A stretch of DNA of 63,860 nt, counting the filler, from Octopus bimaculoides (Eukaryota), in the NCBI RefSeq assembly GCF_001194135.2. It is 8 parts of 7 records of this genome, joined end to end, with 100 filler letters (N's around TTAATTAATTAA, not from the genome) between each part and the next. Parts side by side here need not be neighbours in the genome. Positions count along the whole stretch, not along the records: positions 60,557 to 62,719 come from NC_068987.1; positions 62,820 to 63,860 come from NC_069008.1; 6 more parts are not named here. One strand, 5' to 3'. Positions 62,719-63,860 of this stretch are shown here, piece by piece. The position numbers and the translations under genes are program-made. How positions within the stretch are numbered: position 1 is the stretch's first letter; each line of letters opens with the position of its first letter. The notes under the pieces are model-generated. The model saw only the letters and a program-made list of their open reading frames with translations. It was not told the DNA's origin and ran no database searches.

Positions 62719-63329
62719 TNNNNNNNNNNNNNNNNNNNNNNNNNNNNNNNNNNNNNNNNNNNNTTAATTAATTAANNNNNNNNNNNNNNNNNNNNNNNNN
62801 NNNNNNNNNNNNNNNNNNNTATATATATATATATGTAGTAAAGATTGTTTGCCAACATAACATGGCAGTCCTGGTTTAGGACGAATGTTGCTGTAGCCCC
62901 AGGAGACATCATCTCCAGCTGGCTATACGACACGATCTGTGCCCTTATATTTTCAAACAAGGGAATCTAGCACCCCCACTCAGCTCAAAAGAATATCTGT
63001 GTATCGCGATTTCCAGGTTATTTCCCTTCAGCAGCACAGAATAATTGTTTGGCTACAGGTGGCGCTGCCAAACCCCCTTTCGAAATATATAGTGTTCAAA
63101 GTGACAACTAGTCACTGATTTATAAATTAGAAAATTACTATTTTTAAATCTCACAACAAGAGATACTCAGCAACAGTGCTTTGACTTTATATCTTCTGGA
63201 GGAGTTACCTCAATCCTTTCGATATTAACTAAAATGAAGTAGATTGACAAATTTGTTTTTGAAACCAGTTGAAGACACAAGATGTCGAAATATCGTTCAC
63301 TAGATAACAACGGCACTCTTCTTTTAATT

Positions 63330-63575
63330 TTGACAATCGGTGTAGGTTTGTTTATGTCCCCACAACTGAGCAGATCATCAGCAGAAAACTATAGAGTAAG
63401 CCCCAGGCTTTAAATACACACACACATGCACACACACACACAAAAGCAAAAAAAGCCCCCCAAAAACAGAGAAATAAATAAGTCCTCATGTCGGTTTATT
63501 CAACGAAAACAAATTCTTGAAGGTGGTGCCCCAGCATGGCCAAGGTAGTCTAAAGACTGAAACAGTTAAAAGACA
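63330..63575 (+). mobile_element. SINE family B, 3' half with (CA)n insertion
   Basis: TTGACAATCGG...GAAGGTGGTGCCCCAGCATGGCC...GACTGAAACAGTTAAAAG. Confidence 0.75.
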
Positions 63576-63823
63576 CAAATAAAAAACAAAGCATATTACT
63601 ATCTATAGTAATAGTAGTAGCAGCAGCAGCAGTAGGAGCATTGCCTGCAGTAGTAGTAGAGGTGGTGGTTGTGGTGGTGGTGTTGGCTTTGGTTCATCAA
63701 TATCCATAAAGCATAGAATGTGTGGGAGGACGGTAAATAGTAAGCAGAAATGTTAATGAGGTCGGGTTGTAAGTCGTAGTAGAACTGGCTAGTAGACTGT
63801 GTAGAGTGAGTGCTTGTGTATAC

Positions 63824-63860
<37 letters not shown>

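Noticed and set aside
63052-63067. CAGGTGGCGCTG, a CTCF-like core
   Set aside because: The 5' half of the motif mismatches, and a short match like this is expected by chance or from repeats.

Overview
AT-rich eukaryotic (animal) draft-genome window with many N-gaps. There are no prokaryotic features (no operons, rRNA, tRNA genes or CRISPR). The SINE families and microsatellite load match my recollection of octopus genomes; that assignment is an inference, not a database result. The window is mostly intronic or intergenic. It holds dense simple repeats, at least three tRNA-derived SINE families, and fragments of non-LTR retroelements of the RTE, CR1, R4/Dong, Tx1/L1 and HERO/NeSL types. It also holds Penelope-like (GIY-YIG) pieces and DNA transposons (Tc1/mariner, a hAT MITE, a pogo-type MITE). 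Nearly all ORFs in the supplied track are artefacts of microsatellites, N-gaps or repeats. The only good host-gene evidence is a 79-nt plus-strand exon encoding a transmembrane helix (31814-31892), plus a few weaker exon candidates. The most interesting signal is a dispersed set of type I hammerhead-ribozyme-like motifs. Some have an unusually long stem II and share a palindromic stem III (GAAACAGCUGUA): one at about 14.05-14.18 kb, and a head-to-head inverted pair forming a ~470-bp palindrome at about 61.5-62.0 kb. Also notable are an RTE LINE ending in three C2H2 zinc fingers, SINE tails that match two different LINE 3' ends present in the same window, and R4/Dong-like elements stacked at (TAA)n-type repeats.
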